64,000 bases of DNA from Aphanothece sp. CMT-3BRIN-NPC111 (lineage in GTDB: Bacteria; Cyanobacteriota; Cyanobacteriia; Cyanobacteriales; JAHHGU01). The notes below the pieces were generated by a model. The model was not told the origin of the DNA. It did not search any database and saw only the letters and a program-made list of their open reading frames with translations. This document shows, piece by piece, positions 36,971 through 46,586 of the stretch (position 1 is its first letter; each line of letters opens with the position of its first letter). The position numbers and the translations under genes are program-made. Where the stretch lies: the NCBI GenBank assembly GCA_019359765.1, contig JAHHGU010000015.1:26914-90913 (forward strand), in the 5' to 3' direction.

Positions 36971-38986
36971 CTATTCCGGTACATTTCTACGGTTAAGCTC
37001 CTGTTTATAGAGGCGGGGGGATGCCAATAATAAGGTTTTAAGACTTTCTACAACGCCACAATGAGTGCCTGAATTATTGCTATTTTGGAAATCTGCTGCC
37101 AATAAGGTAGTATTTTGTGTACGTTTATATCCCACATATAAAGGTACCATAGTACCACGTCCGCGTTGCGGTAAATCGGTACTTTTTAAAACTTTTGTCG
37201 TACCATCTCTTATTTCTTTGACAACAGTTTGATAACGTCCCCCGCCATAGTATGATTCACCAATAACAACAGATATTTGTGATTCATTATTAAGGAATGC
37301 TGGCTGATTATTTGGTATTTTTGGAGAACCAGGATATAGTAATCCACCTAGTACTTCTGTTTTACCGCCATTAATTGTTTCAACAGCAGTACCTCTATCC
37401 TCTGTTTTGAGACCTAGTATCCATAAGGTTCCGCCGTTGTTTAATATTTTCCTCCCGTCACCTTCTGGATTCAACTGACGTGCCCAAACCTTTTGACGAT
37501 TAAACTCCCACGGCCCTCCGGTCACGTCCTCAAGAAATAAGCGACCGGGCACTGTATTTCGATAGCCGCCAAACATAATGTTCTTGATAACTAAGGTTCT
37601 GGAGTCAGCCTGCTCTATCCAATACTTTGGATTTGAACCATACATACTCCAAAAACGCTCCAGACGTACAACATCGTGTTTCCCATCTTCAATGCGGAAG
37701 ACAGGCTTGTTTGTCCCCTTGAAGGCTGGTCCCTTCGCTTGAATAGCAGACTCCATGCCAATTATCCGTTTGACGTTGCCACGCACATAAATGGTGTCGC
37801 TGATCCGATAATTGCCGTGCGGGAAATACACTGTTGATTTCCCAGAGTCGATTGCCTTTTGGATGGCTGCGGTATCGTCTGTTTCAAATCCGTTCTTCGC
37901 CCCGTATTCGGTAATACTTACCCAATCGCTGAAGTCGTCGTCCGGGACTGTTGGCACCTGCTCCACAGGCAGTCGCAACGAATTGTGAGGGGTTGGGAAT
38001 AGGCTGTATACTCTCTGGGAAACATATTCATCAACAGCGCTGCCCGGAATAATGGTACTTCCATTTTTGATGGCTGATTGATACCCTGATGTCCTAATAT
38101 TGCGGGCGTATAATACCCCTTGTTGGTTTTCTATAGCCGATCTTGACGAGGAGCCGCCGCTGAAGTTTCCATCAAGTACTATAATCATGCCTCTGTCGTC
38201 ATTCACATTTTGAATGGCAGGCACAGAATTTTCACTCTTTATTCCCTGGATACTCAAGATATTGGCACTGTTATCAATGCCAGCAACTTTTTGGTTCTTC
38301 AGAACCAAATCTTCAAAAACAATGCTGTATTCTGGGTGACGAACCATAATGCCATAATCAAAGCCGAGAATACGCACCTTCTCTATCGTGGCAGGACCAG
38401 GCCAAGCTTGTGTTAGTGCTAGACCAGTTGCCCCTCTTTTGTCAGGGTCACTCGATTGGATAGTTACATTGCGAATACCTCCCTGGTTGTTGCTTGTAAA
38501 CCGAATACCAATCGCGCCTGGGTTGCCAGAACCCACATCTAATGTCAGGTCATTGATGGCATTTCGAAATGCTACACCCGTGCTTTTTCCTTCAAAAGTT
38601 GTAATAACTGGTTTCGGATGCTTGGGGTCGTCAAAGCCAGGGCAGTTGTCCCGCAGCCTAATGATGGTGCGCTCGCGGCTTTCCCCCTGTAAAATTCGGC
38701 GCTTCGGGGGGTTTCCCCACTTCAACGTGTCGCAGACTAGATAAGTTCCATTGGGAAGGTAGGCAAACCTGGTTTGGTCTTCAAGTGCCCGTTGAATTGC
38801 CTCAGTATCATCCGTAACCCCATCACCTTTGGCTCCATAGGCCATGACATCAACAGCACCCCCATTTTTTGGTAACGCTGCTGCATCTACTAGAAGTGAA
38901 ATCCCCGCTAGGCTAATTATGCAGATCAGGCTCAGCGTTATCAAAGTTTTCCAATTTATACGGCTTCTACTCAACATCAGCATCAT
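36971..38986 (-). CDS. Secreted right-handed beta-helix protein (pectate-lyase-superfamily / GH55- or GH28-related), two-lobed
   Basis: Signal/TM segment WKTLITLSLICIISLAGISLLV. Has two copies of the Pectate_lyase_3-type motif: YGAKGDGVTDDTEAIQRAL and YGAKNGFETDDTAAIQKAIDSGKSTVYFPHGNY. Confidence 0.7.
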   Translation of the reverse strand: MMLMLSRSRINWKTLITLSLICIISLAGISLLVDAAALPKNGGAVDVMAYGAKGDGVTDDTEAIQRALEDQTRFAYLPNGTYLVCDTLKWGNPPKRRILQGESRERTIIRLRDNCPGFDDPKHPKPVITTFEGKSTGVAFRNAINDLTLDVGSGNPGAIGIRFTSNNQGGIRNVTIQSSDPDKRGATGLALTQAWPGPATIEKVRILGFDYGIMVRHPEYSIVFEDLVLKNQKVAGIDNSANILSIQGIKSENSVPAIQNVNDDRGMIIVLDGNFSGGSSSRSAIENQQGVLYARNIRTSGYQSAIKNGSTIIPGSAVDEYVSQRVYSLFPTPHNSLRLPVEQVPTVPDDDFSDWVSITEYGAKNGFETDDTAAIQKAIDSGKSTVYFPHGNYRISDTIYVRGNVKRIIGMESAIQAKGPAFKGTNKPVFRIEDGKHDVVRLERFWSMYGSNPKYWIEQADSRTLVIKNIMFGGYRNTVPGRLFLEDVTGGPWEFNRQKVWARQLNPEGDGRKILNNGGTLWILGLKTEDRGTAVETINGGKTEVLGGLLYPGSPKIPNNQPAFLNNESQISVVIGESYYGGGRYQTVVKEIRDGTTKVLKSTDLPQRGRGTMVPLYVGYKRTQNTTLLAADFQNSNNSGTHCGVVESLKTLLLASPRLYKQELNRRNVPE

Positions 38987-39131
38987 CTCTTCATCATGTG
39001 TATGGTCTTGTAACTACTTAATGTTTGCTTTGCAGTGTGGAATGATTTGAATCCCAGTTCTCAGCTAAGCAATCTTTTAATAAATAGATGGTCAAGAGAG
39101 ATGCTTGGGACTTACCACAATCCGGTTCGGT

Positions 39132-40109
39132 TCATGATTCCTGACTGTTGTGGTTTGATGGCTTTAACCAGCGCTGTGTTTTGGGGGAAAATACCTGGTT
39201 CCAGACGCGAGCTAGCGAGTATCCCGGATTTAGAGCTGCTGACAGACTTAAGTAGAAGCACGCCTGCAAGTATTCGCCTTCACCGAAAGATAACCCAGCT
39301 TTGCGATAACAAAACATTCCTGAAGTCTTCAAATGCCGCTTCAGGCGCGACAAAAGGGGTTGCTGTTGATAGTCCTGCAAAAATTGCTCAAAACTCAATT
39401 CTTCATGGCCAGCCAGTCGCGAGCGATGACGAGCTACTACATATCTCATCAACAGCCGCTGAAAAAAGAACCGCTGCATGGAAACACTTCCAGAGTGTAC
39501 CCGATACAGCAGTAGCGGCTCTGGAATTGCCAAAGTAGGGCCGTACTCTGCCATCCGATCAAATAACTCTAGTTCCTCAACTGGCTCAAATTCTGTTTTG
39601 TAGCCGCCGATTTTTAATAAAACCTCTTTTTTAAGCAAGACAGTCGGATGGATCAATTGCACTAAATGCCCGTTGCTCCGAAGGTCATTAAATTCTTTTT
39701 CGGTTGTGGTTCCGCTTCGAGCTAGGCTCAAAATCTTGCCTTTGGAATTGATGTGGTGGGCATAGGTACCCCAGGCCACTACATGGGGATTTGTTGCTGC
39801 TGCATCGATTTGTTTCTGAAAGCGTTCGGGCAAGGCAATGTCATCTGCATCCATCCGGGCAATCCAGGGATATTTGGCTTCACCAATACCTCGGTTAAGG
39901 GCACGGCTCAATCCGCCATGTTCGCACTGAATCACTCGCACCCTGGCATCTTGCTCTGAATAACGCTTCAAGATTTCCAGAGTGTTATCTGTCGAGCCAT
40001 CATCGACCACAATCACTTCAAACTCTTGAAAGGTCTGCTTTAAGATACTCTCAATCGCTGGCTCGATGAATTTGGAAGCGTTATAAGCGGGGATGACGAC
40101 GCTAATCAT
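39132..40109 (-). CDS. Glycosyltransferase, GT2 family
   Basis: Motifs MISVVIPAYNASKFIEPAIESILKQTFQEFEVIVVDDGSTD and ARMDADD (DxD). Confidence 0.88.
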   Translation of the reverse strand: MISVVIPAYNASKFIEPAIESILKQTFQEFEVIVVDDGSTDNTLEILKRYSEQDARVRVIQCEHGGLSRALNRGIGEAKYPWIARMDADDIALPERFQKQIDAAATNPHVVAWGTYAHHINSKGKILSLARSGTTTEKEFNDLRSNGHLVQLIHPTVLLKKEVLLKIGGYKTEFEPVEELELFDRMAEYGPTLAIPEPLLLYRVHSGSVSMQRFFFQRLLMRYVVARHRSRLAGHEELSFEQFLQDYQQQPLLSRLKRHLKTSGMFCYRKAGLSFGEGEYLQACFYLSLSAALNPGYSLARVWNQVFSPKTQRWLKPSNHNSQES

Positions 40110-40382
40110 AGTGAGTTGGTTACGCGAGTATGATCATGACTAGACATTAATAATCAGGACTTATGCCGCTAAACAGTGGGTGATGGGGTAAGAGTTAAGG
40201 AGTTTGGGTAGGTTTTACTTCCCCTAATATGCAAAACTTTTACCTTTTGAACAAAAATAACTATTAAATTATTGGCTTAAGTCCTAATAAAGTTGAATGC
40301 CTTTGAAAGTTTTATCGGGTTTATAATTTTCATGCCCAACTGAGAGCGCCTTATACTAGAAAGCCAGAAAGAGCGATCGCAA

Positions 40383-41633
40383 TTATTCCTTCATCACTTG
40401 CTCATAAAGTTGAACAAAGAACTGACGCTTGGGTTCCCAGCCATAAAATTCACTGACGCGGTTTTGGCCAGCCTTTCCCATACGCTCGCGCAGTTGGGAA
40501 TCATTAGCCAAGGTTTTCATTGCTGTTGCCATGTCGCGCACAGCTTGTTCAGGGTCGTGGGCTTTGATTTTAAAACCTGTTTCTGCGGTGATTTGAGCCG
40601 CAGGTCCTCCTAAGTCTAAACAGAGGACTGGCTTGCCTGCTGCCATTGCTTCTAAGCAGACGGTGGGGGAAAAATCATGCAGGCTGGGATGGACTAGGGC
40701 ATCACATTCTCCCAAGGTAGATAAGGCTTGTTCACGGGAGAGTTCCCCCAAAAAACGCAGGCGATCGCTAATTCCTAGTTCCTCAGCTAACCTCTCTAGA
40801 CGCTGCCGCTCTGGTCCTTCCCCAATAATCCAGTATTCGCTATCCTTGAGATCAGCCTGGGCAAAGGCTCGCAGCCCTATGTGAAAACCTTTCCAGTGCA
40901 ACAAACGACCCAAGCTGATAAACCGTATCGGTCTGTGTGCCGACGAACTCGCCAGCTTTTTGAGTTTAATTAGTTCCCCCTCGTTAATTCCAGTCTGCCC
41001 AGCGATAGTTTCAATCCGCTTGGTACCCAAGGCACTGAGGCGGGCAGCCGTTTCAGTTGTCGCCACAATTGCAACAGCACACCTATGAGCAGTCAAGCGT
41101 ACAAGTGGGTCGCGTTCCCCTACCCAGCGAGACAAATTTCGCACGGTTTCATAAACCTGACCGCGAAAACCAAAATCTGGCCAAAAGCTATAAGGTGCTG
41201 ACTCTCCTCCCCCAACAGGCCCCCAAATAAAGGGGATGGGCATCAACGCCAGGAAACTAGGCGCACAGTACCTGCCATAGGTGACATGGTGTACCAAGTC
41301 AAAATTAATCTCCCTATGCAGGTTGCGGGCTGTGAAGTAAGCTTCTATTTGCCAAAGATAGTAGTGGAGATGCACTTCCCATCGCTCCTGCTTCCACCAT
41401 CGCAGCCACCCAGGTAAATCACTGTAGACAAAGTGAAGTCCAGGAATGGGATGAAGAGCAAGTTCAGCTTCAATAGACGGGCGATTGTTTGGTCGAGTCA
41501 GAACCCAGACGTCATGGTGCTTGACCAATTCCTGAGCTATGTTCCAGCCTACTCCTGGCTCAGAACCTTTATCAGGTCTACAGGCATAGGCAGCAATTAA
41601 AACTTTTAAGCGCTTCACGTCGAACTCCCCCAT
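40383..41633 (-). CDS. Glycosyltransferase, GT4-like
   Basis: Motifs KVLIAAYACRPDKGSEPGVGWN and GRLLHWKGFH...ALVHPSLHDFSPTVCLEAMAAGKPVLCLDLGG. Confidence 0.8.
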   Translation of the reverse strand: MGEFDVKRLKVLIAAYACRPDKGSEPGVGWNIAQELVKHHDVWVLTRPNNRPSIEAELALHPIPGLHFVYSDLPGWLRWWKQERWEVHLHYYLWQIEAYFTARNLHREINFDLVHHVTYGRYCAPSFLALMPIPFIWGPVGGGESAPYSFWPDFGFRGQVYETVRNLSRWVGERDPLVRLTAHRCAVAIVATTETAARLSALGTKRIETIAGQTGINEGELIKLKKLASSSAHRPIRFISLGRLLHWKGFHIGLRAFAQADLKDSEYWIIGEGPERQRLERLAEELGISDRLRFLGELSREQALSTLGECDALVHPSLHDFSPTVCLEAMAAGKPVLCLDLGGPAAQITAETGFKIKAHDPEQAVRDMATAMKTLANDSQLRERMGKAGQNRVSEFYGWEPKRQFFVQLYEQVMKE

Positions 41634-41729
41634 GCTTTGATAAGCCCCTTGCTAACCCTAGTTTCTCCTGACCTAAGCATTAGCCTGGGTTGATAGATAA
41701 GCGGATAGTCTGCACACTTCATCGCTCGA

Positions 41730-42869
41730 TTAATCTTTGAGAACGAAATTTGTTACTTCAGCAAGAAACTGGGCTGCTGCTTCTGGGCTATATGGGGTCA
41801 TCAGTTCCTGGGATTTGTGACCCATTGAGTCAGCCAAGCTAGGGTTACGAATAAACTGGCTCATGATTTCGGCCAGTTTGTTAACATCGTAGGGATCGAA
41901 ACGGTAGCCATTTTCGCCGTCAATTACCATTTCTGCTGCACCTGCCAATTGAGAACATAATACGGGTTTCCCTAAGACCATTGCTTCTAGTACCACAACC
42001 CCCCAAGTGTCTTCTAAGGTCGGCAGCACAAACACATCAGCTTGGCGGAAGTAAGCACCTAAACAACTGTAATCAACGCGACCTGCCCAGCGCACGCAGT
42101 TAGTCAAAGCATGGCGATCGCAGAACTCTTCGAGTTCTTGCCGTTGAAGTCCATCCCCCACTACTAGTAAGGTGTAGTCGTGGTATCCCTGTTTATCAAG
42201 TAGAGCACAAGCTTCCATAAGGAGATGTAGTCCCTTTCTGGGAATGAGACTGCCGACAAAGAGGAAAACCGGGCGCTTTAACTGGAACTTTCCTGACTCT
42301 ATTGCCTCACAAGGCTCTGACAAAGCTATTGCCGACGGAACCTCATAGGGCTTAACAAAAACTTTATTCTTCGCTGCATTCAGGATATCTATGAGATAAG
42401 CTTTTCCTGCACAACTGTTCGTAATGCAAGCATCGGCAGCCCGAACCATCGCTCGCCGAATCGATAAACGCCTCGGTGAATTGCGATAGTCAACACTGGG
42501 TGAACTACCCTCGTAAGCAATGACGACTCGCCACTTGCCCACAGGTTTAAATAGCAGTGCAAGGATAGTCCAGACGCCAAAAGAATTAGAGAAAATCACA
42601 TCTGGCTTAAACCGCAGTAATCGGCTAACAATGTTCAAGGGCAGGAATGTGAAGCTAGAGCCATAGCCCGTCGCTACCTTCTTGAGTGATACGATTTTTC
42701 TCTTTCCAACTACTTCAACGGCAAATGAGTCCTCAAACCCCAGAGCATATCCACGCCAGTTGGGAGCAAATGCCGTCATTTGCGGAAATAATTTAGCAAG
42801 GTGGCTCAGAGTAGGATGCCAGTAATAAAAGGCTGACGTTAAAAGCCAAGCGATACGCGGATTATTCAT
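41730..42869 (-). CDS. Glycosyltransferase, GT4 family
   Basis: Motifs FVGSLIPRKGLHLL and VFVLPTLEDTWGVVVLEAMVLGKPVLCSQLAGAAE. Confidence 0.85.
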   Translation of the reverse strand: MNNPRIAWLLTSAFYYWHPTLSHLAKLFPQMTAFAPNWRGYALGFEDSFAVEVVGKRKIVSLKKVATGYGSSFTFLPLNIVSRLLRFKPDVIFSNSFGVWTILALLFKPVGKWRVVIAYEGSSPSVDYRNSPRRLSIRRAMVRAADACITNSCAGKAYLIDILNAAKNKVFVKPYEVPSAIALSEPCEAIESGKFQLKRPVFLFVGSLIPRKGLHLLMEACALLDKQGYHDYTLLVVGDGLQRQELEEFCDRHALTNCVRWAGRVDYSCLGAYFRQADVFVLPTLEDTWGVVVLEAMVLGKPVLCSQLAGAAEMVIDGENGYRFDPYDVNKLAEIMSQFIRNPSLADSMGHKSQELMTPYSPEAAAQFLAEVTNFVLKD

Positions 42870-42873
42870 TTTA

Positions 42874-43554
42874 CTATTTTAAAGAGTTGGTCACACGCCA
42901 AATATAAATAAATAGAACTCCGGAAATCACAGCTCCTAGAAGCCACTTAAAGGTATTTTTTATCAGAGCCAAACGTCTATCTGCCCAAGCCGCTTCTGTT
43001 TTGGGACGAATTGTTGCCCTTACTTTATTAATTTCTGACAATAGCGCGCTTTTCGCTTGCTCAGGATTTTTGATATTTAATGAGTTTGGTCTAACTTGAT
43101 TGATGTAGTTGACAGCATCATTTATATCTTGAGGTGTACCCTGATTCACTTTGTTCTCAAGATTTTCCAGTTGAGATACCTGCTGACTAACTTGAATATT
43201 GATTTGATTATTGATTTGATCTCTGAGCCGAAAGCCGTCAACAACTAATAAAGGAGATAGCAGCAGAAATAGCACCCCAGCTAGTAAAGCAGCCCAGGAT
43301 AAAAATCTCAAGAGCAATCGTTCAGATTGCGATCGCACATATTCAGCTCTATAAAATACCAGCCCTAGGGCCACAAAAGGTACAGCTACACGCTCTACCA
43401 AGAACCCTATTGTCTGAAATTCCCAAGCTGGATTCATAAACTTCGGCGGAAACAGAATATCAATGAAATCAAATAAAGTCAGTACCAATAAAACGTATCC
43501 TATTGGGCGAAGCAAAGAGCTAGAAAGCCATTCATTGTTTACTGATCGAGCCAT
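42874..43554 (-). CDS. Membrane protein with a C-terminal coiled coil; possibly HpsJ-like (hormogonium polysaccharide locus protein), unverified
   Basis: 226 aa with 3-4 N-terminal TM segments, then a QINNQINIQVSQQVSQLENLENKVNQ coiled coil and a terminal TM. It sits 4 nt upstream of a GT4 gene. The HpsJ suggestion rests only on my recollection of the architecture. Confidence 0.4.
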   Translation of the reverse strand: MARSVNNEWLSSSLLRPIGYVLLVLTLFDFIDILFPPKFMNPAWEFQTIGFLVERVAVPFVALGLVFYRAEYVRSQSERLLLRFLSWAALLAGVLFLLLSPLLVVDGFRLRDQINNQINIQVSQQVSQLENLENKVNQGTPQDINDAVNYINQVRPNSLNIKNPEQAKSALLSEINKVRATIRPKTEAAWADRRLALIKNTFKWLLGAVISGVLFIYIWRVTNSLK

Positions 43555-43873
43555 TTGAACAAAATCCTGATTAGATTACATAGATTTTAGTGACTTTAAC
43601 TAGCTTCAGTATTTTTAGAAGCGTTAAATTTCTAAATTATACCAAGAATACCCCCATTTTATAAAGCATAATAAGTATTTTCAATATTAGATATTTAAAA
43701 TAAGTGCGTGAGAGAAAATAAACATAACTTTTTAGGATGGGTGATAGGTAAGAGGTTGTTAGCAATTGGGAAGACATAATTCTCGATCACTAACCTCTAC
43801 AAATAAAATTTAATTATGCTAACTTAATTAAAAATAATTTTATTCGCACTTTATAAAGAGCTTTAGGTATAAC

Positions 43874-44560
43874 TTAAGGCTTAGGAAAACGTGGATACCA
43901 CCACTTGTACCAAGAAAACCATGCATTTTCCAAACTTGAATAGGCATTATTAGGCGAAATATTGTTTAAAGGTATAGATGAATGAAACCATAGACAGCGC
44001 ATATCTCGAATATTTTGTTGACCGAATAACCAATAAAGTAAACGGTCGGGCTGGATATCGTAGGTATATCGGTTATGTTTAAATTGCGGAAGCGTGACAG
44101 TGCTACCACCACGCGGGTTAATACAACTTGTAAGGTAAGCTCGTTTTTGATAAACAAAAAGCATATAGTACCCCACTTTTTTCTCGTAGCGGTCAATTCG
44201 CGATGAAAGTTGGATAGCAGATGAGGGGATAGGAGTGTAGTTACTTATAAAACCCATAACATTGCCGCTAGTTTCAACTGTATAGCGCATCTCAATATCA
44301 AGAGTAAGTTTATTGCGGCTATATTTATAAACCATACCAGAAAGTAATTTAGGATGCTTAGCAACATCCTTTGTCAAAGCACGACTTTCTAAAGGCTGCC
44401 ATCCGGGTAGTGGAACTTCTGGAGGAAAAACAAAAGAAGCAGGGGTAACTGTACGCTGGGCTGCGGTAGTTGGATATAAAATTGATTTCCCTAAAACAGA
44501 GAGAACACTACCAAAGGTTATAACCAGAAGAAAATGCCGAATTTGCGGCCAATTAATCAT
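43874..44560 (-). CDS. Exosortase-adjacent conserved protein (cyanoexosortase system-associated type)
   Basis: 228 aa with an N-terminal TM/signal anchor IRHFLLVITFGSVLSVLG. It begins 5 nt after the exosortase stop. Assignment is by position and architecture only. Confidence 0.5.
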   Translation of the reverse strand: MINWPQIRHFLLVITFGSVLSVLGKSILYPTTAAQRTVTPASFVFPPEVPLPGWQPLESRALTKDVAKHPKLLSGMVYKYSRNKLTLDIEMRYTVETSGNVMGFISNYTPIPSSAIQLSSRIDRYEKKVGYYMLFVYQKRAYLTSCINPRGGSTVTLPQFKHNRYTYDIQPDRLLYWLFGQQNIRDMRCLWFHSSIPLNNISPNNAYSSLENAWFSWYKWWYPRFPKP

Positions 44561-44565
44561 AGATT

Positions 44566-45423
44566 TTAAAACTCTTGAGTTTCTTTTTCTTGATTTACAG
44601 GTTTATCGTTTTGAAGCAGAAGATTACAAAATAAGCCAAAAAGCAAGACTGAAATTACAGAGAATATTAGTGAACCATCTCCGCCATGCCAGTATAGAAA
44701 TGCTTCTTGTTGGGAGGATGAAGCTAGAATAGCCATAATTGCAACTCGAATACCATTAATTATAAATCCCAGCAGTACTGCTACAATAGGAGCCACTATT
44801 TTGGGCACCAAATTGGTAGGAAACATAAATAGAAAAATAACGGCTATTCCTAATAATTGAATAATGGCACCATAGCCGGAACAACCAGGATTTACCTCTA
44901 CGCTTCCAGTAGGAAGAACAACATTAACACCTTGACGCGAAACTTGAAACCCTAAATACCAAAGTAAAGAAGCTGCGAATTGGGCTGTAAATTTAGATGT
45001 ATCAATAAAGTGTGAAACAAATCCACTATGTGGAATAAGAAAACAAAGAATAAGCAACTCTTGCCAATATTGCTTTATTCCTTTGACACCAGAAGCAATT
45101 AGCCCAAGTCCCAAAGCTGAAAGTAAAGGTGAAAGCCGCAAAAAGAAATCAAAGCCGCCTAATGATTGGCTTTTAATCAGAACTATTGTAATAATAAATA
45201 GCCCTAGTGAACTGCCTATGATACCACTTTTTAGATTTAACTCGTTGTGTTTTTTAAATAAAATAGAACACACAGCAGCCCAAAAGAGAATACTTGTGGA
45301 CAGCAAATTATCATCTCCTGTTTGTCCGACTGCCGTAATATGAATTGCAATCAACCCTGCTCCTATCCCCAACAAACAAAATTGAGAATTCGTTAACAGC
45401 TTAAAAAAATGGTTAACTTTCAT
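44566..45423 (-). CDS. Exosortase (cyanoexosortase-type, EpsH family)
   Basis: 285-aa polytopic protein with the exosortase catalytic-signature pattern: GSVEVNPGCSGYGAI (Cys), INGIRVAIMAIL (Asn..Arg) and a downstream WHGGDG (His). Confidence 0.8.
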   Translation of the reverse strand: MKVNHFFKLLTNSQFCLLGIGAGLIAIHITAVGQTGDDNLLSTSILFWAAVCSILFKKHNELNLKSGIIGSSLGLFIITIVLIKSQSLGGFDFFLRLSPLLSALGLGLIASGVKGIKQYWQELLILCFLIPHSGFVSHFIDTSKFTAQFAASLLWYLGFQVSRQGVNVVLPTGSVEVNPGCSGYGAIIQLLGIAVIFLFMFPTNLVPKIVAPIVAVLLGFIINGIRVAIMAILASSSQQEAFLYWHGGDGSLIFSVISVLLFGLFCNLLLQNDKPVNQEKETQEF

Positions 45424-45710
45424 TGTCCAAAATTTAGATATTTTTTGCAGTATACGCTATATATCCAGGTAAGTTATGCGCCTATCCTACAGCATTGTTG
45501 TCTAAACCCAATAAAATAAGTAAGTCTGGGTCGTACTATCGTAGATTAATCTTTATCTTAATTAAGTTAAGTTGGCTTATACCCTTTTACCCTTAAAGCG
45601 CTACAAATAAATCTGCTTCTTTTTTGCTCCCCCGCTCCGGGTGCTGATGTGTAGCATCATGAAGAGAAATTGGTATTAGTTAGCACCACTACTGGAATTA
45701 AGAGAGCGAT

Positions 45711-45740
45711 TAAAAAAATCAGGGGCATCGCACCCCTGAT
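45711..45740 (-). terminator. Rho-independent terminator after the PEP-CTERM gene
   Basis: The minus strand reads atcagggg tgcgatg cccctgat followed by ttttttt. It lies 37 nt downstream of the stop at 45777. Confidence 0.7.
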
Positions 45741-45776
45741 CTCCCCCCGACCTTTTGCGCCCCACTATAGCGTAGG

Positions 45777-46499
45777 TTAATGAGGCAACTTCTTCTTAAG
45801 TTTTGATGACTTTCTCTGTAAAAAAGCTCCAATTCCTAAAGCCACACCTGAACCCAGGAAAGTAAAGGGTTCGGGAACAGCTTCGTTAACGAAAGATTCA
45901 CTCCCTCCATTGGAAAAGCCCTGACCGTGAATACCGAGGCGTAGATTACCTCTTTGTAAGTCTGTAATGACAGCATTAAAGGGATCGTCAAAGCCCGATC
46001 TAACATTGAAGAGGATGCCTATAGATTCTCCTGGATTTACACCGTTAGGTTGCACTGGAGAATTTGAGTCTGCCGAGTAATCAGCAGAAAAACCAATATC
46101 TGCTCCTCCAGGTAGATTTCCCGGTCTCGCATATTGAGAAAAGCTGACTCCACTACTGTTTCGAATCTCTGCCACACTATAGAGACTAAATGGGCTATTG
46201 TCATCAAAGTAAATATCCGTAATTGATGAAGCAAGAGCTGTCATCCCATCCTTGGCTCTATTATAGAACTCAAATAATACCTGCCCCGTACTAGTTTGCG
46301 AAACTTTTGCTACAAACTGGCTTTCTCCAGTTTGGCAATTTCCGGCATTGGTATCAGAGCTACAACCAAAGTTCACATAAACCGGAGGAAAAGATACTGC
46401 TCCTGCTGGCGTTGCCGTTGAGATAACGGCAGAAATTGCAACAGTAGCTACAGCAGAGGAGAAAACTACAGATGGTCGTAAGGCTTTTAATTTGATCAT
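45777..46499 (-). CDS. PEP-CTERM sorting-domain secreted protein (putative exosortase substrate)
   Basis: N-terminal signal peptide ...AISAVISTATPAGAVS. The C-terminus has VPEP, a TM segment FTFLGSGVALGIGAFL, and a basic tail QRKSSKLKKKLPH. Confidence 0.85.
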   Translation of the reverse strand: MIKLKALRPSVVFSSAVATVAISAVISTATPAGAVSFPPVYVNFGCSSDTNAGNCQTGESQFVAKVSQTSTGQVLFEFYNRAKDGMTALASSITDIYFDDNSPFSLYSVAEIRNSSGVSFSQYARPGNLPGGADIGFSADYSADSNSPVQPNGVNPGESIGILFNVRSGFDDPFNAVITDLQRGNLRLGIHGQGFSNGGSESFVNEAVPEPFTFLGSGVALGIGAFLQRKSSKLKKKLPH

Positions 46500-46586
46500 G
46501 TCACTTAAATCCTGTAGAAGAATTACAACTTTCTTAAGGCGGGACTGTTGTTTGTAAACTCATCCTCCTGAATCCTTACAAAACTA

